Shown: positions 13,862 to 26,400 of the stretch, one piece after another
Layout of the letters: each line of letters starts with the position of its first letter
How positions within the stretch are numbered: the first letter of the stretch is position 1
DNA from: Squalus acanthias
Taxonomy: Eukaryota
Length of the DNA: 64,000 bases
Assembly: GCA_030390025.1 (NCBI GenBank)
Contig: JASTWF010000034.1
Span: forward strand, 4,960,001 to 5,024,000
Direction: 5' to 3'
Program-made: the position numbers and the translations under genes
The notes under the pieces: model-generated
Database searches by the model: none
What the model saw: the letters and a program-made list of their open reading frames with translations, nothing else
Told to the model about the DNA's origin: nothing

Positions 13862-15722
13862 CGGGGTGTGTCCGATCATGGACACGGGCGTTTGACCGGT
13901 CCCGCAAGTGTGTCCGATCATGGAATCGGGTGTTTGACCAGTCCCCGGGGTGTGTCCGTTCATGGACTCGGCGTTTGACCAGTCTCCGGGGTGTGTACGA
14001 TCATGGACTCCGGCGTTTGCCCAGTCCCTGGGGTGTGTACGATCATGGACTCGGGCGTTTGGCCACTCCCCAGGGTGTGTACGATCATGGACTCGGGCGT
14101 TTGACCAGTCCCCGGGTGTGTCCGGTCATATACTCGGGCGTTTGACCAGTCCCCGGCGTGTGTCCTATCATGGACTCGGGCGTTTGGACATTCCCCGGCG
14201 TGTGTCCGATCATGGACTCGGGTGTTTGACCAGTCCCCGGGGTGTGTCCGATCATGGACTCGGGCATTTGACCAGACCCCGGGTTGTGTCTGATCATGGA
14301 CTCGGGCGTTTGACCAGTCTCCGGGGCTGTGTCCGATCATGGATTCGGGCGGTTCACCAGTCCCCGGGGCTGTCCCTGATCATGGACTCCGGCGTTTGAC
14401 CAGTCCCCGGGTTGTGTCTGCTCATGGACTCGGGCGTTTCACCAGTCCCCGGGGTGTGTCCGATCATGGACTCGGGCGTTTGACCAGTCCCCGGGGTTTG
14501 TGCGATCATGGCCTCGGGCGTTTGACCAGTCCCCGGATTGTGTCTGATTATGGACTCGGCGGATGACCAGTCCCCGGGGTGTGTGTGATCATGGACTCGG
14601 GCGTTTGACCAGTTCCCGGGGTATCCCAACATATACTCGTGTGTTTGACCAGTCCCCGGGGTGTGTCCGATCATGGACTCGGGCGTTTGACCAGTCCAAG
14701 GAGTGTGTCCGATCATGGACTTGGGCGTTTGACCAGTCCCCGGGGTGTGTCTGATCATGGACTCGGGCGTTTGACCAGTCCCCGGGGTGTGTCCGATCAT
14801 GGCCTCCGGCGTTTGACCAGTCCCCGGGGGTGTGTCCGATCATGGACTCGGGCGTTTGACCAGTCCCCGGGGCGGCCTGTCTGATCATGGACCCGGGCGT
14901 TTGACCAGTCCTCGGGTTGTGTCTGATCATAGACTCGGGAGTTTGACCAGTCCCCAGTGTGTGTACGATCATGGACTCGGGCGTTTGACCAGTCCCCGGG
15001 GTGTGTCCGATCATGGACTCAGCGTTTGACCGGTCCCGGAGTGTGTCTGATCATGGACTTGTGCGTTTGACCAGTCCCCGGGGTGAGTCCGATCATGGAC
15101 TCAGGCGCTTGACCATTCCCGGGATTGTGTCTGATCATGTACTCGGGCATTTGACCAGTTCCCGGGGCTGTGTCCGATAATGGACTCGGGCGTTTGACCA
15201 GTCTCCGGGGTGTCTCCGATCATAGACTCGGGCATTTGACCAGTCCCCGGGGCTGTGTCCGATCATGGACTCCAGTGTTTGACCAGTCCCCGGGGTGTGT
15301 CCTATCATGGACTCGGGCGTTTGACCAGTCCCTGCTTCTTGTCCGATCATGGACTCGGGCGTTTAACCAATCCCCTGGGTGTGTCTGACCAGGGACTCGG
15401 GCATTTGACCAGTCACCGGGGCTTTGTCTGAACATGGACTCGGGCATTTGACCATTCCCCAGTGTGTGTCCGATCATGGACTCGGGGGTTTTACAAGTCC
15501 AAGCGGGTTGTCTGATCATGGACTTGGGCGTTTGGCCAGTCCCCAGGGTGTGTCCGTTCATGGACTCGGGCGTTTGACCAGTCCCCGGGATGTGTCCTTT
15601 CATGGACTCGGGCGTTTGACCAGTCGCAGGGGTGTGTCCGATCATGGACTCGGGCGTTTGACCAGCCCCGAGGTGAGTCCGATCATGGACTCGGGCGTTT
15701 GACTTGTCCCAGTGATGTGTCT

Positions 15723-16040
15723 GATCACGGAGCTGGGGGTTTGACCGGTCGTGGTAGGTGTCCAATCACAGACCCGGGGTTTTGACTGGTCCCTGCAGTG
15801 TGTCTGATCATGGACCCAGGGAATTGACCTGTCCCGGCGTAGCAGCCGATCAGAGAAGCGAGTTTTGACTGGTTCTAGGGTTTTTGCCGATCCCTGGGTT
15901 GTGTCCGATCACAGTCCCGGGGTTTTTTACCGGTCCCTGGGTTGTGTCAGATCACAGTCCCGGGGATTTTTACTGGTCCCTGGGTTATATCCGATCACAG
16001 TCGCGGGGGTTTGACCAGTCCCGTTAATTACACCATTCCC
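15723..16040 (+). repeat. Diverged-monomer island, copy 6
   Basis: Marker at 16023 (offset 2179 from copy 5). Confidence 0.9.
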
Positions 16041-19000
16041 CGGGGTGTGTCCGATCATGGACACGGGCGTTTGACCGGTCCCGCAAGTGTGTCCGATCAT
16101 GGAATCGGGTGTTTGACCAGTCCCCGGGGTGTGTCCGTTCATGGACTCGGCGTTTGACCAGTCTCCGGGGTGTGTACGATCATGGACTCCGGCGTTTGCC
16201 CAGTCCCTGGGGTGTGTACGATCATGGACTCGGGCGTTTGGCCACTCCCCAGGGTGTGTACGATCATGGACTCGGGCGTTTGACAAGTCCCCGGGGCTGT
16301 GTCTGATCATGGACTTGGGCGTTTGACCAACCCCAGGGTGTGTCCGATCATGGCCTCGGGCGTTTGACCAGTCCCCAGGGTTTGTCGGATCATGGACTCG
16401 GGCGTTTGCCCAGTCCCCGGATTGTGTCTGATTATGGACTCGGGCGTTTGACCAGTCCCCGGGGTGTGTCCAATCATAGGCTCGGGCGTTTGACCAGTCC
16501 CCGGCGTGTGTCCTATCATGGACTCGGGCGTTTGGACATTCCCTGGCGTGTGTCCGATCATGGACTCGAGCGTTCGACCACTCCCCGGAGTGTGTCCAAT
16601 CATGGACACGGGCGTTTGACCAGACCCCGGGTTGTGTCTGATCATGGACTCGGGCAGTTGACCAGTCCCCGGGGCTGTGTCCGATCATGGATTCGGGCGG
16701 TTGACCAGTCGACGGGGTGTGACCGATCATGGACTCGGGCGTTTGAACAGTCCCTGCGGGTGTGTCCGATCATGGACTCGGGCGTTTGACCAGACCCGGG
16801 GTGTGACCGATCATGGACTCGGGCGTTTGGCCAGTCCCCGGGTCTGTGTCCAAACATGGCCTCCGGTGTTTGACCAGTGCGCGGGGTGTGACCGATCATG
16901 GACTCGGGCGTTTGACCAGTCCCCGGGTCTGTGTCCGATCATGGCCTCCGGCGTTTGACCGGTCCGCGGGGTGTGTCCAATCATGGACTAGAGCGTTTGA
17001 CCAGTCCCAGGGGTGTTTCTGATCATGGACTCGGGCATTTTACCTGTCTCAGGGGTGTGTCTGATCATGGACTCGCGCGTTTGACCAGTCACCGGGGCAG
17101 TCTCCGATCATGGACTCGGGATTTGACCAGTCCCAGGTGTGTGTCTGATCATGGACTCGGGCGTTTGACCAGTCACCGGGGCTGTGTCCGAACATGGACT
17201 CGGGCGTTTGACCAGTCCCCGGGGTGTGTCCGATCATGGACTCAGGCGTTTGACCAGTCACCGGGGCAGTCTCCGATCATGGACTCAGGATTTGACCAGT
17301 CCCAGGTGTATGTCTGATCATGGACTCGGGCGTTTGATCAGTCCCCGGAGTGTGTCCGATCATGGACTCGGGCGTTTGACCAGTCGCCGGGGCTGTCCCT
17401 GATCATGGACTCGGGCGTTTGACCAGTCCTCGGGGATGTGTCCGATCATGGACTCGGGCGTTTGACCAGTCCCCGGGTTGTGTCTGATCATGGACTCGGG
17501 CGTTTCACCAGTCCCCGGGGTGTGTCCGATCATGAACTCGGGCGATTGACCAGTCCCCAGGGTGTGTGCGATCATGGCCTCGGGCGTTTGACCAGTCCCC
17601 AGGGTGTGTGCGATCATGGCCTCGGGTGTTTCACCAGTCCCTCGGGTGTGTACTATCATGGACTCGGGCGTTTGACCTGTCCACGGCGTGTGTCCGATCA
17701 TGGACTCAGGCGTTTCACCAGTCCCAGGGGTGTGTCTGATCATGGACTCGGGCGTTTGACCAGTCCCCGGGGTGTGTCCGATCATGGACTCGGCTGTTTG
17801 ACCAGTCCCTGGGGTGTGTACTATCATGGACTCGGGCGTTTGACCTGTCCACGGCGTGTGTCCGATCATGGTCTCAGGCGTTTCACCAGTCCCCGGGGTG
17901 TGTCCGATCATGAACTCGGGCGTTTGACCAGTACCCTGGGTGAGTCCGATCATGGACTCGGGTGTTTGACCAGTCCCCGGGTTGTGTCTGATCATGGACT
18001 GGGGCGGTTGACCAGTCCACGGGGTGCGTACGAACATGGATGCGGGGATTTGACCAGTCCCCGCGGGTGTGTCGGATCATGGACACGATCGTTTGGCCAG
18101 TCCCCACGGGTGTGTCCGATCATGGACTCGGGCGTTTGACCAGTCCCCGGGGTGTGACCGATCATGGACTCGGGCGTTTGGCCAGTCCCCAGGTCTGTGT
18201 CCAAACATGGACTCCGGCGTTTGACCAGTGCGCGGGGTGTGTCCGATCATGGACTCGGGCGTTTGACCAGTCCCTGGGGCGGTGTGTCTGATCATGGACT
18301 CGGGCGTTTGACCAGTCCCTGGGGTGAGTCCGATCATGGACTCGGGCGTTTGACCAGTCCCTGCGGGTGTGACCGATCATGGACTCGGGCATTTGACCAG
18401 TCCCCGGGGTGTGTCCGATCATGGACTCGGGCGTTTGAACAGTCTTCGGGGTGTGACCGATCATGGACTCGGGCGTTTGACCAGTCCCCAGTGTGTGACC
18501 GATCATGGACTCGGGCGTTTGGCCAGCCCCGGTTCTGTGTCCGATCATGGCCTTCGGCGTTTGACCGGTCTGCGGGGTGCGTCCGATCATCGACTTGGGC
18601 GTTTGACCAGTCCCCAGGGTGTGTCCGATCATGGACTAGAGCGTTTGACCTGTCCCAGGGCTGTGTCTGATCATGGGCTCGGGTGTTTTACCAGTCCCAG
18701 GATGTGTCTGATCATGGACTCTGGCGTTTGACAGTCCCCTGGGTGTGTCCGATCATGGACTCGGGTGTTTGACCAGTCACCGGGGCTGTTCTCCGATCAT
18801 GGACTCGGGTGTTTGACCAGTCCCAGGTGTGTGGTTCTGATCATGGACTCTGGCGTTTGACCAGTCCCAGGTGAGTGTTTTTGATCATGGACTCGGGCGT
18901 TTGATCAGTCCCAGGTGTGTGTTTCTGATCATGGACTCGGGCGTTTGACCAGTCCCAGGTGACTGTTTCTTATCATGGACTCGGGCGTTTGACCAGTCCC

Positions 19001-20118
19001 AGGTGTGTGGTTCTGATCATGGACTCTGGCGTTTGACCAGTCCCAGGTGAGTGTTTTTGATCATGGACTCGGGCGTTGATCAGTCCCAGGTGTGTGTTTC
19101 TGATCATGGACTCGGGCGTTTGACCAGTCCCAGGTGACTGTTTCTGATCATGGACTCGGGCGTTTGACCAGTCCCCGGGTCTGTGTTCGCACATGGCCTC
19201 CGGCGGTTGACCAGTCACCGGGGCTGTGTCCGATCATGGACTCGGGAGTTTGAACCGTCCCTGCGTGTGTGTCCGATCATGGACTCGGGCGTTTGAACAG
19301 TCCCCGGGGTGTGACCGATCATGGACTCGGGCGTTTGACCAGTCCCCAGGGTGTGACCGATCATGGACTCGGGCGTTTGGCCAGTCCCCGGGTCTGTGTC
19401 CGATCATGGCCTCCGGCGTTTGACCGGTCTGCGGGTTGTGTCCGATCATGGACTCGGGTGTTTGACCAGTCCCCGGGGCGGTGTGACTGATCATGGACTT
19501 GGGCTTTTGACCAGTCCCCAGGATGTGTCCGATCATGGACTAGAGCGTTTGTCCAGTCCCAGGGCTGTGTCTGATCATGGACTCGGGCGTTTTACCAGTC
19601 CCAGGGCTGTGTCTGATCATGGACTCGGGCGTTTTACCAGTCCCAGGGATGTGTCTGATCATGGACTCGGGCGTTTGAACAGTCCCAGGTGTGTGTTTCT
19701 GATCATGGACTCGGGCGTTTGTCCAGTCCCCGGGTAGTGTCTAATCATGGACTCGGGCGTTTGACCAGTCCCCGGTGTGTCCGAACAAATACTCGGGTGG
19801 TTGACCAGTCCCCGAGGTGTGTACGATCATGGACTCGGGGGTTTGACCAGTCCCCGGGGTGTGTCCGATCATGGACTCGGGGGTTTTACAAGTCCAAGCG
19901 GGTTGTCTGATCATGGACTTGGGCGTTTGGCCAGTCCCCAGGGTGTGTCCGTTCATGGACTCGGGCGTTTGACCAGTCCCCGGGATGTGTCCTTTCATGG
20001 ACTCGGGCGTTTGACCAGTCGCAGGGATATGTCCGATCATGGACTCGGGCGTTTGACCAGTCCCCGAGGTGAGTCCGATCATGGACTCGGGCGTTTGACT
20101 TGTCCCAGTGATGTGTCT

Positions 20119-20437
20119 GATCACGGAGCTGGGGGTTTGACCGGTCGTGATGGGTGTCCAATCACAGACCCGGGGTTTTGAATGGTCCCTGCAGTGTGTC
20201 TGATCATGGACCCAGGGAATTGACCTGTCCCGGGGTAGCAGCCGATCAGAGAAGCGAGTTTTGACTGGTTCTAGGGTTTTTGCCGATCCCTGGGTTGTGT
20301 CCGATCACAGTCCCGGGGTTTTTTTACCGGTCCCTGGGTTGTGTCAGATCACAGTCCCGGGGATTTTTACTGGTCCCTGGGTTATATCCGATCACTGTCC
20401 CGGGGGTTTGACCAGTCCCGTTAATTACACCATTCCC
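20119..20437 (+). repeat. Diverged-monomer island, copy 7
   Basis: Marker at 20420. Most similar to copy 1 (GTGATGGG, GATCACTGTCC). Confidence 0.9.
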
Positions 20438-23400
20438 CGGGGTGTGTCCGATCATGGACACGGGGGTTTGACCGGTCCCGCAAGTGTGTCCGATCATGGA
20501 CTCGGGCGTTTGACCAGTCCCCGGGGTGTGTCCGTTCATGGACTCGGCGTTTGACCAGTCTCTGGGGTGTGTACGATCATGGACTCCGGCGTTTGCCCAG
20601 TCCCTGGGGTGTGTACGATCATGGACTCGGGCGTTTGGCCACTCCCCAGGGTGTGTACGATCATGGACTCGGGCGTTTGACAAGTCCCCGGATTGTGTCT
20701 GACTATGGACTCGGGCGTTTGACCAGTCCCCGGGGTGTGTCCGATCATAGACTCGGGCGTTTGACCAGTCCCCGGCGTGTGTCCTATCATGAACTCGGGC
20801 GTTTGGACATTCCCCGGCGTGTGTCCGATCATGGACTCGGGCGTTTGACCAGTCCCCGGGGTGTGTCCAATCATGGACTCGGGCGTTTGACCAGACCCCG
20901 GGTTGTGTCTGATCATGGACTCGGGCGGTTGACCAGTCCCCGGGGCTGTGTCCGATCATGGATTCGGGCGGTTGACCAGTCCACGGGGTGTGACCGATCA
21001 TGGACTCGGGCGTTTGAACAGTCCCTGCGGGTGTGTCCGATCATGGACTCGGGCGTTTGACCAGTCCCCGGGGTGTGACCTATCATGGACTCGGGCGTTT
21101 GACCAGTCCCCGGCGTGTGTCCTATCATGAACTCGGGCGTTTGGACATTCCCCGGCGTGTGTCCGATCATGGACTCGGGCGTTTGACCAGTCCCCGGGGT
21201 GTGTCCAATCATGGACTCGGGCGTTTGACCAGACCCCGGGGTGTGTCTGATCATGGACTCGGGCGGTTGACCAGTCCCCGGGGCTGTGTCCGATCATGGA
21301 TTCGGGCGTTTGACCAGTCCACGGGGTGTGACCGATCATGGACTCGGACGTTTGAGCAGTCCCTGTGGGTGTGTCCGATCATGGACTCGGGCGTTTGACC
21401 AGTCCCCGGGTGTGTCCGATCATGGACTCGGGCGTTTGACCAGTCCCCGGGGCTGTGTCCGATACATGGCCTCGGGTTTGACCAGTCGCGGAGTGTGTCC
21501 GATCATGGACTCGGGCGTTTGACCAGTCCCTGGGCGGTGTGTCTGATCATGGACTCGGGCGTTTGACCAGTCCCTGGGGTGTGTCCGATCATGGACTCAG
21601 GCGTTTGACCAGTCCCCGGGGTGTGACCGATCATGGACTCGGGCGTTTGACCAGTCCCCGGGGTGTGTCCGATCATGGACTCGGCGTTTGACCAGTCCCC
21701 GGGTCTGTGTCCGATCATGGACTCGGGCGTTTGACCAGTCCCCGGGGTGTGTCCGATCATGGACTCGGGCGTTTGACCAGTCCCCGGGGTGTGTCCTGAT
21801 CATGGACTCGGGCATTTTACCAGTCCCCGGGGTGTGTCCGATCATGGACTCGGGCGTTTGACCAGTCCCGGGGCTGTGTCCGATCATGGACTCGGGCGTT
21901 TGACCAGTCCCCGGGTGTGTCGATCATGGACTCGGGCGTTTGACCAGTCCCCGGGGCTGTGTCCGATCATGGACTCGGGCGTTTGACCAGTCCCCGGGTG
22001 TGTCCGATCATGGACTCGGGCGTTTGACCAGTCCCCGGGGCTGTGTCCGATCATGGACTCGGCGTTTGACCAGTCCCCGTGTGTGTCTGATCATGGACTC
22101 GGGCGTTTGACCAGTCCCCGGGTGTGTCCGATCATGGACTCGGGCGTTTGACCAGTCCCGGGGCTGTCCTGATCATGGACTCCGGCGTTTGACCTGTCCT
22201 CGCGGGATGTGTCCGATCATGGACTAGGGTGTTTGCCCAGTCCCCGGGTTGTGTCTGATCATGGACTCGGGCGTTTGACCAGTCCCCGGGGTGTGTCCGA
22301 TCATGGACTCGGGCGTTTGAACAGTCTTCGGGGTGTGACCAATCATGGACTCGGGCGTTTGACCAGTCCCTGGGTCTGTGTCCGCACATGGCCTCCGGCG
22401 GTTGACCAGTCACCGGGGCTGTGTCCGATCATGGACTCGGGAGTTTGAACAGTCCCTGCGTATGTGTCCGATCATGGACTCGGGCATTTGACCAGTCCCT
22501 GCGGGTGTGTCCGATCATGCACTCGGGCGTTTGAACAGTCCCCGGGGTGTGACCGATCATGGACTCGGGCATTTGACCAGTCCCCAGGGTGTGACCGGTC
22601 ATGGACTCGGCCGTTTGGCCAGTCCCCGGGTCTGTGTCCGATCATGGCCTCCGGCGTTTGACCGGTCTGCGGGGTGTGTCCGATCATGGACTCGGGAGTT
22701 TGACCAGTCCCCGGGGTGGTGTGACTGATCATGGACTTGGGCTTTTGACCAGTCCCCAGGGTGTGTCCGATCATGGACTAGAGCGTTTGTCCAGTCCCAG
22801 GGCTGTGTCTGATCATGATCTCGGGCGTTTGACCAGTCCCAGGTGTATGTCTAATCATGGACTCGGGCGTTTGATCAGTCCCCTGGTTGTGTCCGATCAT
22901 GGACTCGGGTGTTTGACCTGTCCCCGGAGTGTGTCCGATCATGGATTCGTGCGTTTGACCAGTCCCCGGGGCTGTGCCTGATCATGGACTCGGGTGTTTG
23001 ACCAGTCCCCGGGGATGTGTCCGATCATGGACTCGGGCGTTTGACCAGTACCCGGGTTGTGTCTGATCATGGACTCGAGCGTTTGACCAGTCCCCGGTGT
23101 ATCCGAACATGGAGTCGGGCGTTTCACCAGTCCCCGGGTTGTGCCCGATCATGGACTCGGGTGTTTGACCAGTCCCTGAGGTGTGTAAAATCATGGACTC
23201 GGGTGTTTGACAGTCCCCCGGGGTGTTCCGATCATGGACTCGGGCGTTTGATCAGTCCCCGGGGTGTGTCCGATCATGGACTCGGGCGTTTGACCAGTCC
23301 CCGGGGTGTGTGGCATCATGACTCGGGCGGTTGACCAGTCCCCGGGTGTGTACGATCATGGACTCGGGCGTTTGACAGTTCCCGGGTGTGTCCGAACATG

Positions 23401-26400
23401 ACTCGGGCGTTTGACCAGTCCCGGGGTGTGTCCGATCATGGACTCGGGCGTTTGACCAGTCCCCGGGGTGTGTCTGATCATGGACTCGGGCGTTTGACCA
23501 GTCCCTGGGTGTGTCCGAACATAGGACTCGCGGGTCTTGACCAGTCCACGGGGTGTGTACGATTCATGGACTCGGGCGTTTGACCAGTCCACGGGGTGTG
23601 TCTGTCATGGACTCGGGCGTTTGACCAGTCCCCGGTGGTGTGTCAGATCATGGACTTGGGCTTTGACCAGTCCCCAGGGTGTGTCCGATCATGGACTAGA
23701 GCGTTTGACCTGTCCCAGGTGTGTGTCTGATCATGGACTCCGGCGTTTTACCAGTCCCCGGGGTGTGTCTGATCATGGACTCGGGCGTTTGAACAGTCCC
23801 CGGGGTGTGTCCGATCATGGACTCGGGCGTTTGACCAGTCACCGGGGCTGTCTCGGATCATGGACTCGGGCGTTTGACCAGTCCCTGGTGTGTGCCCAAT
23901 CATGGACTCGGGCGTTTGATCAGTCCCCTGGTTGTGTCCGATCATGGACTCGGGTGTTTGACCTGTCCCCGGAGTGTGCCCGATCATGGACTCGGGCGTT
24001 TGACCAGTCCCCGGGGCTGTGCCTGATCATGGACTCGGGTGTTTGACCAGTCCCCGGGGATGTGTCCGATCATGGACTCGGGCGTTTGACCAGTACCCGG
24101 GTTGTGTCTGATCATGGACTCGGGCGTTTGACCAGTCCCCGGTGTATCCGAACATGGACTCGGGCATTTGACCAGTCCCGGGGTGTGTCCGATCATGGAC
24201 TCGGGCGTTTGACCAGTCCCCGGGGTGTGTCCGATCATGGACTCGGGCGTTTGACCAGTCCCCGGGGTGTGTCCGATCATGGACTCGGCGTTTGACCAGT
24301 CCCCGGGTGTGTCCGATCATGGACTCGGGCGTTTGACCAGTCCCCGGGTGTGTCCGATCATGGACTCGGGCGTTTGACCTGTCCCCGGGGTGTGTCCGAT
24401 CATGGACTCGGGCGTTTGACCAGTCCCCGGGTGTGTCCGATCATGGACTCGGGCGTTTGACCAGTCCCCGGGGTGTGTCCGATCATGGACTCGGGCTTTG
24501 ACCAGTCCCCGGGGTGTGTCCGATCATGGACTCGGGCGTTTGACCAGTCCCGGGTGTGTCCGATCATGGACTCGGGCGTTTGACCAGTCCCCGGGTGTGT
24601 CCGATCATGGACTCGGGCGTTTGACCAGTCCCCGGGGTGTGTCCGATCATGGACTCGGGCGTTTGAACATTCCCCGGGGCTGTGTCCGATCATCGACTCG
24701 GCCGTTTGACCAGTCCCCGGCGTGTGTCCGATCATGGACTCCAGCGTTTGACCAGTCCCCGGGGTGTGTCCGATCATGGACTCGGGCGTTTGACCAGTCC
24801 CCGGGGTGTGTCCGATCATGGACTCGGGCGTTTGACCAGTCCCCAAGGTGAGTCCGATCATGGACTCGGGTGTTTGACCAGTCCCCGGGGTGTGTGCGTT
24901 CATGGACTTGGGCGTTTGACCAGTCCCCGGAGTGTGTCTGATTATTGTCTCGGGCGTTTGACCAGTCCCTGGTGTGTCCGAACATATACTCGCGTGTTTG
25001 ACCAGTCCACGGGGTTTTTACGATTATGGACTCGGGCGTTTGACCAGTCCACGGGGTGTGTTCGATCATGGACTCGGCTGTTTGACCAGTCCCTGGGGTG
25101 TGTACGATCATGGACTCGGAGGTTTGAGCAGTCCCCGGCGTGTGTCCGATCATGGACTCAGGCATTTCACCAGTCCCCGGGTAGTGTCTGATCATGGACG
25201 CGGATGTTTGACCAGTCCCAAGGGTGAGTCCGATGATGAACTCGGGCGGTTGAACAGTCCACGGGTTGTGCACGATCATGGATGCGGGGATTTGACCAGT
25301 CCCTGCGGGTGTGCCGGATCATGGACATGGTCGTTTGTCCAGTCCCCGGGGCTGTGTCCGATCATGGACTCGGGCGGTTGGCCAGTCCACTGGGTGTGTA
25401 CGATCATGGATGTGGGGATTTGACCAGTCCCCGGGGAGTGACCGACCATGGACTCAGCTGTTTGACCAGTCCCCTGGGTGAGACCGATCATGGACTCGGG
25501 CGTTTGGCCAGTCCCCGGGTCTGTGTCCGATCATGGCCTCCGGCGTTTCACCGGTCCGCGTGGTGTGTCCGATCATGGACTCGGGCGTTTGACCAGTCCC
25601 CGGGGCGGTATGTCTGAACATGGACTTGGGCTTTTGACCAGTCCCCAGGGGGTGTCCGATCATGGACTCGGGTGCGTTGACCAGTCCCGGGTGTGTGTCG
25701 ATCATGGACTCGGGCGTTTGACCAGATCCCCGGGGTGTGTCCGATCATGGACTCGGGCGTTTGACCAGTCCCCGGGGTGTGTCCGATCATGGACTCTGGG
25801 CTGGGTTGACCAGTCCCCGGGGTGTGTCCGATCATGGACTCGGGTGTTTGACCAGTCCCTCGGGGTGTGGTCCGATCATGGACTCGGGTGTTTGACCAGT
25901 CCCCGGGGTGTGTCCGATCATGGACTCGGGCGTTGACAGTCCCGGGTGTGTATCGATCATGGATGCGGGCTTTTGACCAGAGCCCAGGGGTGTGTCCGAT
26001 CATGGACTCGGCGTTTGACCAGTCCCCCGGGGTGTGTCCGATCATGGACTCGGGCGGTTGACCAGTCCCGGGGTGTGTCGATCATGGACTCGGGAGTTTG
26101 ACCAGTCCCCGGGAGTGTCCGATCATGGACTTCGGGTCGTTTGACCAGTCCCCGGGGGTGTCCGATCATGGACTCGGGCGTTTGGCCAGTCCCCGGGTCT
26201 GTGTCCGATCATGGCCTCCGGTGTTTGACCGGTCCGCGGGGTGTGTCCGATCATGGACTCGGGCGTTTGACCAGTCCCCGGTGCAATGTGTCTGATCATG
26301 GACTTGGGCTTTTGACCAGTCCCCAGGGTGTGTCCGATCATGGACTAGAGCGTTTGACCTGTCCCAGGGGTGTGTCTGATCATGGACTCGGGCGTTTTAC

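Larger units (their letters stand above)
11100..16290 (+). repeat. Higher-order tandem repeat, ~2177-2179-bp unit x~2.4 (ends approximate)
   Basis: Matching entries 11586/13763/15942, 12460/14639, 12991/15170. Confidence 0.88.

Noticed and set aside
24170..24640. G-quadruplex array
   Set aside because: Only two G3+ tracts per 42 bp with loops of 16 or more nt, and the GGGG is sequestered in the CCCCGGGG palindrome. Weak candidate.
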